From NCBI GenBank assembly GCA_012521105.1, contig JAAYNA010000065.1, positions 2,535 through 66,534 of the forward strand: a stretch of DNA of 64,000 nt, written 5' to 3'. Under the pieces are notes generated by a model that worked only from the letters and a program-made list of their open reading frames with translations, searched no databases and was not told where the DNA came from. Positions 10,869 to 20,255 of this stretch are shown here, in pieces. Source of the stretch: Clostridiaceae bacterium. GTDB taxonomy: Bacteria > Bacillota > Clostridia > DSM-8532. Each line of letters opens with the position of its first letter. Within the stretch, counting starts at the first letter, position 1. Both the position numbers and the translations under genes were made by a program.

Positions 10869-11180
10869 TTTAAATTTTTAAATATGAGTAAAGCTGGATT
10901 GTGTTGTAACTGGATGCACATAATATTAATGTCTTATATCAGGTAACATATACTATTTGAAGAATTATATAAATACGTTGACATAAATATACATCTTGAA
11001 GAAATTCTGTTGAAACATGAAACATATTACTATACAATATCAACAAATACTTAATGTGGTAATATTTGCAAACTTACATTTAATTGTACTTAATTGTTAT
11101 CTACCAGACACTCCTAATTACTCCGTATTTTATGCATTTAAAGAGAAACCATAATAAAGCTTAATAATAACAAAATAGAA

Positions 11181-11819
11181 ATGGAGTTGATTTTTATGCA
11201 AAAATTAAAATTAAGACTAACCATTATACTTATATTTACTATTATTTCAACTTTGTTACCGATTAATTCTTTTGCCTACGATTACAGTATAAGAGAACAC
11301 AGTGGTTATTCTTATGATTTTGAAGGTTTAAGTCTGTATCAGGAAGCATTCAATAATTTGGTTTCTGTATCCGAATTTGTATACAGTGAAGCTGAAAATG
11401 CCATTATAAGTACATATTTTGAAAAAATACTGGATTTGGAGAATGAACAGGAATTAAAAAAAATTGATTCATTACTGAAGGATTTTATAAACGATTTAAA
11501 AAATATTGAAAGAAGTGAATTTTCCGGGTTAAACCAAAATTGCAGTATTAAAATAACAGATAAGATAAGTAGTTTATTAGATGAATTCAAATCCGAAATG
11601 GAAAACCAGTATTCTATTTCGTGGAACTGGAATGAATCAGATAAACTGTTTGCTATTAAACAAAAGCTTGGTATATATGCAGGTTTGATAATTTATTCCG
11701 ACAGATATGACGAGAATATAACAGCATTGCTTAACCGTGCTATAGAAAAATTTGTCGAGAAAAGGCATTACTGGAATTCAAGAGGGATTACAGGGAAAAA
11801 GGGTATGATATTGATGTAA
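11181..11819 (+). CDS. Hypothetical secreted protein
   Basis: Signal-peptide-like N-terminus (KLKLRLTIILIFTIISTLLPINSFA); helical, AT-rich; no family recognised. Confidence 0.6.
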   Translation: MELIFMQKLKLRLTIILIFTIISTLLPINSFAYDYSIREHSGYSYDFEGLSLYQEAFNNLVSVSEFVYSEAENAIISTYFEKILDLENEQELKKIDSLLKDFINDLKNIERSEFSGLNQNCSIKITDKISSLLDEFKSEMENQYSISWNWNESDKLFAIKQKLGIYAGLIIYSDRYDENITALLNRAIEKFVEKRHYWNSRGITGKKGMILM

Positions 11820-11946
11820 CAGGTATAGCTGATGAAAAAACGTGGAACATACTTTTAAATTTGCAGTAAAATTAAAATAATGCAGGGGTAAGGTAATCTT
11901 TATCCCTGCAGTTCATACAAAGTTTACCTGTAAGGGGGTAACCAGG

Positions 11947-13267
11947 ATGAAGAAAAAAATGCTTCTGTATTTTTCAGTTGCTTTAATTTTGATATATTTG
12001 ACCGGATGCGGGGTTAACAGCTCAAATGCAAATGGAGAAGATTTAAACTTTCGGATAGATTCTGCCAAATCACAGGAACAAGATTCAGAAACAGTTTTGA
12101 ATAATAAAGATAATACTGAACCAAACAAAACCTTAATTACCGGCTCAGAAACAAGTCCGGCAAAAGAGCATGCAGTGCCACAGATGACAGAAGAAGATAA
12201 AATAACACCAACACCTGAGCCAACTCCCGCTTTTACTGTAACTCCTGCCCCTATTTCTGATGAAGAGGAAATAATTATTGTTGCAATATCAGCGGGTGAA
12301 ACCCATGCGGCAGCAATTGACAATAAAGGGGTTCTGTATACCTGGGGAGGAAACCAGTACGGTCAGCTGGGGGATGGAACCACGACAGACAGAAGCGTAC
12401 CAAAGCCCGTTCCGGGTATAACTAATGCAAAATCTGTTGTGTGTGGCTTCAGAAGTACCTTCGTACTGTGTGAAGATGGTCTGGTATATAGTTTTGGTGA
12501 TAAAGGTTTTATAGGAAGAGACTACGGAGAAAACACTTTACCGGTGGCGATTAAGGAACTTACCGATATAATTGAAATTGATTCAAACAGTTATGATAAT
12601 ATAGCTTTAAAAAGTGACGGAACCGTATATGACTGGGGCTGGAATTCTCACGAGGAAATCCATGACATTCCGAAGAAAGTGAAAGAAGTGAAAGATATAG
12701 TATCTGTAGCCGTCGGTAACGGATACTATCTTGCAGTTGATAAGAACGGAGAGGTTTGGGTGTGGGGAAGGAATGATATTGATATTATTAATATCGGAAG
12801 TCTGCAGCCTTACTGCAGGTATCCGGAAAAAGCCCGGAATATTCATAATGTTAAGAGCGTCTGCGGAACTGGGAGTGGAATAATTGGCCTTCATTATGAC
12901 GGGAATGTAACCAGATGGGGAAAAAGTGATGGATCGGAAGTGATATTCAGCAGCAAAGATGTTATGTCAGTTCATGCGGGTAATGCCCACTTTTTGGCTG
13001 TAAAAAAAGACGGAACGGTATATTCGTGGGGGATTAACAAGCATGGAGAGCTTGGCAGCAGAACTCTGGAAGAACATTTACGAACCCCTGATAATTGAAG
13101 GTCTTAACAGAGTGATAGCTGCAAACGGCGGAGAGTATTTTTCAATGGTATTAAAAGAAGACGGTACAGTATGGGCATGGGGAAGGAATGATTATGGCCA
13201 GCTTGGTATCGGAACAACCGAAGATCAGCTGGAACCCAGGCAGGTAATTTTTTCAGCAAGTGAATAG
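11947..13267 (+). pseudogene. RCC1-repeat beta-propeller lipoprotein split by a +1 frameshift
   Basis: Lipobox LTGC, PTPEPTP linker and RCC1 repeats (YTWGGNQYGQLGDG, WAWGRNDYGQLGIG). ORFs 11947-13098 and 13043-13267 join into ...LEEHYEPLIIEGL... if one T is removed at 13077-13079. Confidence 0.8.
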
Positions 13268-13486
13268 ATATTTTTTGGAATTGTCTAAAAGGTCGAATAA
13301 GTTAAGCATATTATAATTCCTGCCTTTAAGTTTATCTTCAGTGTTAGCCCTGGTAGAAAAACATTGCTATTTTTCTAAAAAAGGAATACAATATGTTTGC
13401 TTGAAGAACTGATAAAGTAAGTGGATTAATAGAACAAATAGTGCTGAAACTTATAACAGATCAGCAGTTTCCTAAGGAAGGTTAAT

Positions 13487-14242
13487 ATGAGATACAAACT
13501 TATATGCTGTGATGTTTTTTGCCGCGAAATGTACGAAGCACTTCTTAAGAGCAGAAATAATGTTTTTGTGGTTTTCACAATGAAAATGTCCCATGAGTAT
13601 CCCAACTATTTAAGAGAGCTAATACAGAAGGAAATTGACAATACCGACCCTGATATATTCAGTCATATTCTACTTGGATACGGGCTATGTGGAAATGCTG
13701 TTGTAGGGCTTAAAACCGGTACGATCCCTGTTGTTATACCCAGAGCCCATGACTGTTGTACAATTTTTCTTGGTTCCAAACAGTCTTACATCAGGCATTT
13801 CGGTCACAGGCCCAGCTGCAGGTGGACTTCAGGGGGATATATGCAGGATGGAGATAATTATATGAGAAACAGTGAAACGCATCATTTTCTTGGTATAAAC
13901 ATGAGTTTTCAGGAATTAGCTGATAAATATGGCGAGGAAAATGCCCGTTATATTATTGAAACCTTAGCACCGAAGGATGATAGTGATAAGCAGGTTGTTT
14001 ACATAGAAACACCGCCTTATGAGAAGTTTGACTTGAAGAAACAGATAGAAAATGAAGCAATGAAAGAAGGTCGTAAGTTTGAGAGTATCAAGGGCAACAC
14101 AAGGCTTATAGAGATGCTCGTGAACGGTCGGTGGAATGAAGACGAATTTCTTGTTGTTCCTCCTTACCATACTATAGAAGGTGTGTATGACAATGAACTT
14201 ATTATGAAAGCAGTGCCTGTATCAAGCCGTACCGGGAACTGA
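13487..14242 (+). CDS. DUF1638-like protein (associated with corrinoid methyltransferase loci)
   Basis: YKLICCDVFCRE, ILLGYGLCGNAVVGL, IPRAHDCCTIFLGS motifs. Confidence 0.8.
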   Translation: MRYKLICCDVFCREMYEALLKSRNNVFVVFTMKMSHEYPNYLRELIQKEIDNTDPDIFSHILLGYGLCGNAVVGLKTGTIPVVIPRAHDCCTIFLGSKQSYIRHFGHRPSCRWTSGGYMQDGDNYMRNSETHHFLGINMSFQELADKYGEENARYIIETLAPKDDSDKQVVYIETPPYEKFDLKKQIENEAMKEGRKFESIKGNTRLIEMLVNGRWNEDEFLVVPPYHTIEGVYDNELIMKAVPVSSRTGN

Positions 14243-14246
14243 TAGT

Positions 14247-15011
14247 TTATGTTATTTTTACATATATGTTTGCTGCGTTTTCCAGGTTGTATGCTTCTGG
14301 AATGATTGAAAAGGTAATGTTCATTGGCCTTCTAAATTGATATGCAGATCGGTTTTGAATAATCCGTACCGCTTCAGGTTCTTCTGTTGAAAACAGCAGC
14401 CTTTCGGGGATTGGATTAAAATCCCTGCGAATAAATTGCAGTATTCCTCCAACCGGCAGAGTAAGTTCTGTTATTTCCATCAAAATTTGACTGTCTCCGG
14501 TGATGAAATACTCAAAAACATACGCATCTGAGATAATTGGTACCCGGTATGGAGACAAATGTAATTCATCGTGAGAAATCTGCCAGATACGATACTGATT
14601 GCCGATTTTTTCGATGATATTGAAATCATCGAAAAAAACGTTACCCTGAAATATTGAATCTCTTGCTACCAGATTAGTAAGAGCTCCAAAATGATAGCCA
14701 ACAACACGATAAGTTAAAAAACTGCCGGTTCGGGCAAATACCTTTAAAATCACCACGGGGGCATTAAGTATATTCCAATTTTCATTTTCGATTTCTGTAT
14801 AAACAAGGCCTTCAATGGTCCAGATGTATTGGGTATACCAGTTTCCTGAAACAGGGCAAAAACGCTGTATTATAAATGTTGTATAAGTTGTATTGGTGAT
14901 ATCTGTGATTCTTTCTATGATTACCCGCTCGTTCCCCGGGAAGCCATCAAGGTCAATATCAGATATCTCCTGAGAAATGCTGCTTGTAACCGGTTCTCTT
15001 TCAGTAAACAT
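14247..15011 (-). CDS. Hypothetical protein, possibly late-sporulation (sigma-K) expressed
   Basis: Open 262-codon frame; likely ATG at 15011 after GTGGTG; no family recognised. Confidence 0.6.
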   Translation of the reverse strand: MFTEREPVTSSISQEISDIDLDGFPGNERVIIERITDITNTTYTTFIIQRFCPVSGNWYTQYIWTIEGLVYTEIENENWNILNAPVVILKVFARTGSFLTYRVVGYHFGALTNLVARDSIFQGNVFFDDFNIIEKIGNQYRIWQISHDELHLSPYRVPIISDAYVFEYFITGDSQILMEITELTLPVGGILQFIRRDFNPIPERLLFSTEEPEAVRIIQNRSAYQFRRPMNITFSIIPEAYNLENAANIYVKIT

Positions 15012-15037
15012 TAAATCACCACTATATTTTTTCAATT

Positions 15038-15066
15038 TATTATATGTATTGTTTTTAGAACAGTGA
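15038..15066 (-). promoter_or_regulatory. Sigma-K-type promoter candidate
   Basis: Minus strand TCAC-16 nt-CATA-TAA-TA, matching the AC-N16-CATANNNTA consensus. Confidence 0.45.
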
Positions 15067-15194
15067 GGAAAACCAATATCTTTTCAGAGGTCGTGTCACA
15101 TATGTTTGACTTCTCTAGAAGCCCAAATCGTGAAATGTGAAAAACTATCTTTACAGTTTACAAATTTTATGATAAACTAATTTGGTATTTCAGA

Positions 15195-15248
15195 AACCAT
15201 CAGCGCGGTTATCGGAGGACTCCGGCCGAAAACTGGGCTGACGGCGTT
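15195..15248 (+). ncRNA. Ribosomal protein S15 leader (autoregulatory 5' UTR structure)
   Basis: Nested stems ATCAGC/GCTGAC, CGGTT/AACTG and CGGAG-GA-CTCCG just upstream of the rpsO RBS; preceded by a TTTACA-17-TAAACT promoter (15150-15178). Confidence 0.6.
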
Positions 15249-15269
15249 AATAAGAAAGGAGTTGGAATT

Positions 15270-15533
15270 ATGGATAATTTAACAAAACAGCAAATAATTG
15301 AAAAGTACAAGATCCATGAAACTGACACAGGTTCACCTGAAGTTCAGATTGCTCTTTTGACCTACCGTATCGCAAATCTTACCGAACATTTAAAAACCCA
15401 TAAAAAGGATCACCATTCAAGAAGAGGGTTGTTGAAAATGGTTGGTCAAAGAAGAGGGCTGTTGAATTATCTGATGAAGAAAGATATCAACAGATATCGT
15501 GATATTATCAGCAAGTTAGAGTTAAGAAAGTAA
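15270..15533 (+). CDS. rpsO: 30S ribosomal protein S15
   Basis: [41 protein letters not shown]. Confidence 0.99.
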   Translation: MDNLTKQQIIEKYKIHETDTGSPEVQIALLTYRIANLTEHLKTHKKDHHSRRGLLKMVGQRRGLLNYLMKKDINRYRDIISKLELRK

Positions 15534-15558
15534 AAAGCGGAGAGATTCCGCTTTTTTT
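15533..15558 (+). terminator. Intrinsic terminator after rpsO
   Basis: AAAAGCGGA-GAGAT-TCCGCTTTTTTT. Confidence 0.85.
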
Positions 15559-15691
15559 AATGTTTATGCAGTATAGTGAATGTTATAAAAATTTGCTTTA
15601 GGTGTAATAATGATAGATGAATCTTGCCACTTCGTGGCAGGAACTCTATTTGTGATTAAAAATATAACATAATATAATACTAACAATAAAT

Positions 15692-15782
15692 GATGTTGTG
15701 AACAGGTGGTGCAGAAGTTCAGAGAAGAGGGTTCCGGTTTCGGAGCTTTCCTCCCCGACCTTTTCACCCCGTTCACAGCATT
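15692..15782 (+). promoter_or_regulatory. Long stem-loop in the pnp 5' leader
   Basis: GATGTTGTGAAC (15692-15703) pairs with GTTCACAGCATT (15771-15782), enclosing GGTG/CACC and GAGGGTTCCG-GTTT-CGGAGCTTTC. Upstream promoter TTGTGA-17-TATAAT at 15650-15678. Confidence 0.55.
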
Positions 15783-15790
15783 AGGAAAGG

Positions 15791-17896
15791 ATGTTGATAG
15801 GAACTATGAAAAAAGAGTTTTCAATTGATGTGGCGGGTAGAACGCTGACTGTGGAGGTAGGCCAGCTTGCTCAGTTGGCAAACGGCGCAGCACTTGTAAG
15901 GTATGGGGATACTGTAGTTTTATCTACTGCTACAGCCTCTTCAGAACCAAGGGAAGGTATAGACTTTTTCCCACTTAGTGTTGATTATGAGGAAAAACTG
16001 TATTCTGTTGGGAAAATACCCGGCGGGTTTATAAAAAGAGAAGGGAAGCCGTCTGATAGTGCAATTCTCACCGCGCGAGTAATAGATCGTCAAATACGCC
16101 CAAGGTTTCCAAAAGATCTGAGAAACGATGTTTCGGTAGTGAATATGGTTTTATCTGTTGAACAGGATAATTCTCCCGAATTTGCAGCAATTATAGGAAC
16201 AGTCGTTTCCCTGTGTGTCTCAGACATTCCTTTTAACGGGCCTATAGCCGGAGTAATTCTTGGCCTTGTGGACGGAGAAGTGGTAATTAATCCTGACCAG
16301 GACCAGCGGAAAAGAAGTCAAATGTATGTAACTCTTTCTGCAGACAGGGAAAAGATTGTGATGATAGAAGCAGGAGCAAACGAAGTTCCTGAAGAAACAA
16401 TGATGGAAGCCATTAAAAAAGGCCATGAAGAAATAAAACGCATTATTGATTTTATAGATGATATTGTTAAAGAAGTGGGTAAGGAGAAGTTCACTTATAC
16501 ATCAGCCGAAGTGCCTCAGGAAATTTTTGATGAAGTGTTAAACCTTTGCAGTGAAGAATTAACCGCAGCAATGATGAATGCTGATAAAGGTGAACGAGAA
16601 AAGAATGTAGGTGAAATTTCCAAAAAGGTTCATGAAACTCTTGATCTAAAATACCCGGAACAAACTACACAGATTTCCGAAGCTTTTTATAAACTTCAGA
16701 AAAAGATTGTACGTGATAAATTACTCCATGAAGGAAAACGTGTGGATGGAAGAGGTTTAATGGATATAAGGCCTCTTCACGCAGAAGTTGGTGTATTACC
16801 AAGAACACATGGTTCGGGTCTGTTTCAGAGGGGCCAGACTCAGGTTCTTACAAGTGTTACCCTTGGTCCTCTTGGGGATGTACAAATGCTGGATGGCGTT
16901 GATGATGAAGAAACAAAGCGGTATATGCACCACTATAATTTCCCTGCCTTCAGCGTAGGTGAAGCAAAGCCGACTCGTGGCCCCGGGAGAAGAGAAATTG
17001 GTCATGGTGCTCTTGCAGAGCGTGCCCTTGAACCCGTTATACCACCTGAATCCGAATTTCCATATGCAATCCGTCTCGTGTCCGAAGTTTTAATGTCAAA
17101 CGGCTCAACTTCGCAGGGAAGTGTATGTGGCAGTACACTCGCACTCATGGATGCAGGGGTGCCAATCAAGGAACCTGTGGCCGGGATTTCTGCAGGGCTT
17201 GTTGTTGATGAAGAAAACCCTGATAAATTCATTACATTTATTGATATTCAGGGAATTGAAGATTTCTTTGGGGATATGGACTTTAAAGTTGCAGGAACGA
17301 AGAATGGTATTACTGCCATTCAGGTAGATATAAAAGTTGAAGGGCTTTCTTATGAAATGATAAAACAGGCTTTTGAAATAACACGCCAGGGCAGACTTAC
17401 AATATTGAATGACGTGATATTAAAAGCAATAAGTGAGCCAAGACCCCAGTTATCTCCCTATGCTCCAAAAGTATTTACCACTTCCATTGATATTGATAAA
17501 ATCCGGGATGTAATTGGTCCTGGCGGTAAAGTAATTCAGCGTATTATTGCTGATACCGGCGTAAAAATAGATATCGAAGATGACGGAAAAGTGTTTGTTG
17601 CTTCGCCTGATGAAGATGCAGGAAGGAGCGCAATTTCAATAATAGAAGGTATTGCAGGGGATGTACAGATAGGCCAGCAATTTACGGGGAAAGTTACACG
17701 TATTATGAATTTCGGTGCCTTTGTTGAATTCCTTCCCGGAAAAGAAGGAATGGTACACATTTCAAAACTGGCTCATAAGCGTGTAAACAAAGTTGAGGAT
17801 GTGGTTAAGGTCGGCGATGAAATACCGGTGAAGGTTATAGAAATAGATAAGCAAGGCAGAATAAATCTTTCTTTAAAAGATTGTATAGAAAAATAA
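15791..17896 (+). CDS. pnp: Polyribonucleotide nucleotidyltransferase (start could be the ATG at 15806)
   Basis: [48 protein letters not shown] and S1 domains. Confidence 0.98.
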   Translation: MLIGTMKKEFSIDVAGRTLTVEVGQLAQLANGAALVRYGDTVVLSTATASSEPREGIDFFPLSVDYEEKLYSVGKIPGGFIKREGKPSDSAILTARVIDRQIRPRFPKDLRNDVSVVNMVLSVEQDNSPEFAAIIGTVVSLCVSDIPFNGPIAGVILGLVDGEVVINPDQDQRKRSQMYVTLSADREKIVMIEAGANEVPEETMMEAIKKGHEEIKRIIDFIDDIVKEVGKEKFTYTSAEVPQEIFDEVLNLCSEELTAAMMNADKGEREKNVGEISKKVHETLDLKYPEQTTQISEAFYKLQKKIVRDKLLHEGKRVDGRGLMDIRPLHAEVGVLPRTHGSGLFQRGQTQVLTSVTLGPLGDVQMLDGVDDEETKRYMHHYNFPAFSVGEAKPTRGPGRREIGHGALAERALEPVIPPESEFPYAIRLVSEVLMSNGSTSQGSVCGSTLALMDAGVPIKEPVAGISAGLVVDEENPDKFITFIDIQGIEDFFGDMDFKVAGTKNGITAIQVDIKVEGLSYEMIKQAFEITRQGRLTILNDVILKAISEPRPQLSPYAPKVFTTSIDIDKIRDVIGPGGKVIQRIIADTGVKIDIEDDGKVFVASPDEDAGRSAISIIEGIAGDVQIGQQFTGKVTRIMNFGAFVEFLPGKEGMVHISKLAHKRVNKVEDVVKVGDEIPVKVIEIDKQGRINLSLKDCIEK

Positions 17897-17903
17897 AAAA
17901 ACA

Positions 17904-17931
17904 GACAACCTCTAAAGAGGTTGTTTTTTTT
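17904..17931 (+). terminator. Intrinsic terminator after pnp
   Basis: GACAACCTCT-AA-AGAGGTTGTT followed by a T-run. Confidence 0.8.
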
Positions 17932-17964
17932 AAAAAATTATTGTGTCTTCTTCAGGAGGAATGT

Positions 17965-19398
17965 ATGAAAAAAGACTTAAGGATTTTGTTTGTATCTGCA
18001 GAGGTGGCGCCTTACGCGAAAACAGGAGGCCTTGCTGACGTAGCAGGGTCACTTCCTGAAATTCTTTCTGGTATGGGTGTGGACGTACGTGTTGTCTTAC
18101 CCGGATACAAGGAAATTGATGCAGAACAGGTGTATATTGCCGACTTCCCTGTTAAAATAGGTAATCATCAGAAAACATGCATTTTAAAGCAAATAAAGGG
18201 TGCTACGGCAACTACCTACACAATTAATAACTACCACTATTATTACAGAAACGGTATTTATATGCACCATGATGATGGTGAAAGATTTGCCTTTCTATGT
18301 AAAGCGTCCCTGGATCTATGTAAGGCAATAGGTTTTAAGCCCGATCTGATTCACATGAATGACTGGCATGCAGGACTAATTGCATTGCTGCTTGAAAAAA
18401 AGTATAAAAAAACAGATCCTTTTTATCAGGAAATAAAAACAGTATTAACAATTCATAATCTTGAATACCAGGGCCATTTTGAAAAGAATATATTGGATTT
18501 ACTTGGACTTGACGATGAATTGTTTGTGCCCGAAGGGGTAGAGTTTTATGGTAAGCTGAATTTTTTAAAGGCCGGGATTCTTTATGCTGATAAAATTAAT
18601 ACTGTAAGCAGAACTTATTCCAGAGAAATTCTGACCCCGGAATATGGGGAAGGGCTTGAAGGCGTTCTGTTAAACAGACAGAATGATTTATACGGAATAC
18701 TTAATGGCATAAATTATGGCGAGTTTAATCCGGCAGATGATGCTTTTCTATATTATGCTTACGATGAAAGGGATTTAAGCGGTAAAATAAGGAATAAAAA
18801 TGAACTCCAGGCAGAGCTGGGGTTGCCGGTGAAAGATGTTCCGGTAGTTGGTGTGGTGCATCGCCTTGTCTCACAAAAAGGTTTAGACCTTGTTATTGAA
18901 GCATTTGAGGATATGATGGCGATGGGGATGCAATTTATTTTGCTTGGTGTTGGAGATCCGCATCTGGAGGACGCTTTCAGGCGATTAATGCAAAAATTCC
19001 CCGGTCAGGTTTCGGTGAAAATAGAGTTCAATGAAGTACTTGCACATAGAATTTACTCGGGAAGTGATATCTTTCTTATGCCTTCAAGGTTTGAACCTTG
19101 CGGGCTGGGGCAGATGATAAGCCTTCGGTATGGAACAATACCAGTGGTGCGTGAGACAGGGGGGTTAAAAGATACCATTATTGATATTGATAAAAGCCCG
19201 GAAAAAGGTAATGGGTTTTGCTTTAGGGAACATACTTCCGAGGCTTTCATTGATGCACTTGCCCGGGCTGTTAATGTTTACAGGAACGACCCCGGATTAT
19301 GGCTTGATATGGTAAGAAGAGGTCTGAGAGCAGATTTTTCATGGAAAAATTCAGCAAAGGAATATTTACATGTTTACAACAGGGCATTAAAGGGATAA
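17965..19398 (+). CDS. glgA: Glycogen synthase
   Basis: KTGGLADV, HMNDWH, PSRFEPCGLGQ. Start moved to the ATG at 17965 after the AGGAGG RBS. Confidence 0.95.
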   Translation: MKKDLRILFVSAEVAPYAKTGGLADVAGSLPEILSGMGVDVRVVLPGYKEIDAEQVYIADFPVKIGNHQKTCILKQIKGATATTYTINNYHYYYRNGIYMHHDDGERFAFLCKASLDLCKAIGFKPDLIHMNDWHAGLIALLLEKKYKKTDPFYQEIKTVLTIHNLEYQGHFEKNILDLLGLDDELFVPEGVEFYGKLNFLKAGILYADKINTVSRTYSREILTPEYGEGLEGVLLNRQNDLYGILNGINYGEFNPADDAFLYYAYDERDLSGKIRNKNELQAELGLPVKDVPVVGVVHRLVSQKGLDLVIEAFEDMMAMGMQFILLGVGDPHLEDAFRRLMQKFPGQVSVKIEFNEVLAHRIYSGSDIFLMPSRFEPCGLGQMISLRYGTIPVVRETGGLKDTIIDIDKSPEKGNGFCFREHTSEAFIDALARAVNVYRNDPGLWLDMVRRGLRADFSWKNSAKEYLHVYNRALKG

Positions 19399-19451
19399 CA
19401 TATTATAGTAAATATAATTACAATATTACTATAAATGATAAGGGCTGTGTT

Positions 19452-20084
19452 ATGAGGAATAAACAAGTGATAACAAAAATTATGGAAGAGCTGGACCGGC
19501 TATATCCCGATGCGGGATGCAGCCTTACATATGAGACCCCATTACAGCTTTTGATAGCTACCCAGCTGGCAGCCCAATGTACCGACGAACGGGTAAATAT
19601 TGTTACAAAAGAGCTTTTCAAAAAATATAAAACTGCTGAAGATTTTGCTAATGCCGATCTTAAGACCCTGGAGCAGGAAATACGCTCTACCGGATTTTAC
19701 AGAAACAAGGCAAAGAATATAAAAGAATGCTGTAAAAGGATAGTTGAAGAGTATAATGGTGAAGTTCCCGATACAATGGAAAAGCTGTTAACCTTGCCCG
19801 GTGTTGGAAGAAAAACCGCAAATGTGGTTCTGGGCAATATTTTTAATGTTCCTGGAATTGTTGTTGACACACATGCTAAACGTTTATCAAACCGCTTAGG
19901 TTTAACAAAGGAGCAGGATCCTACAAAAATAGAATTTGATTTGATGAAAATAATTCCGAAAGAGAAGTGGAGCAACTTTTCCAACCAGTTGGTTTTTCAT
20001 GGACGTGCTGTATGTAATGCAAGAAAACCTAATTGTGAAGCGTGTTCTGTAAAGCCATATTGCGTTTACGGGCAGAAAAGCTAA
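19452..20084 (+). CDS. nth: Endonuclease III
   Basis: LAAQCTDERVN, LPGVGRKTANVV (HhH), VDTH and the CNARKPNCEACSVKPYC 4Fe-4S motif. Start moved to the ATG at 19452. Confidence 0.96.
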   Translation: MRNKQVITKIMEELDRLYPDAGCSLTYETPLQLLIATQLAAQCTDERVNIVTKELFKKYKTAEDFANADLKTLEQEIRSTGFYRNKAKNIKECCKRIVEEYNGEVPDTMEKLLTLPGVGRKTANVVLGNIFNVPGIVVDTHAKRLSNRLGLTKEQDPTKIEFDLMKIIPKEKWSNFSNQLVFHGRAVCNARKPNCEACSVKPYCVYGQKS

Positions 20085-20255
20085 AATAATAATGTGGAAA
20101 GAGTTTTATTTAATAGAAATATGCAAACTGTTGAACATTTATGGTAAAATTAAAGAAAAAACCTGCAAACTGTAAATGGCACAGAAAGATTGACAGTATA
20201 TAACAGCCAGCTCTGGCGTGAATGATTTTAATTTTTAGTATCGGGAGAAATACGA

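Noticed and set aside
17881-17964. Long N-terminal extensions given by the ORF track for glgA (also nth, gatA, argJ and the LCP gene)
   Set aside because: They run through terminators or upstream genes; better RBS-supported starts lie downstream.
20161-20220. Possible c-di-GMP riboswitch upstream of the diguanylate cyclase (GCAAAC...ACAGCCAGCT)
   Set aside because: Only scattered word matches; the GNRA-capped P2 stem and GACGCAAA junction of class I and the pseudoknot of class II are not visible. An Rfam search would settle it.
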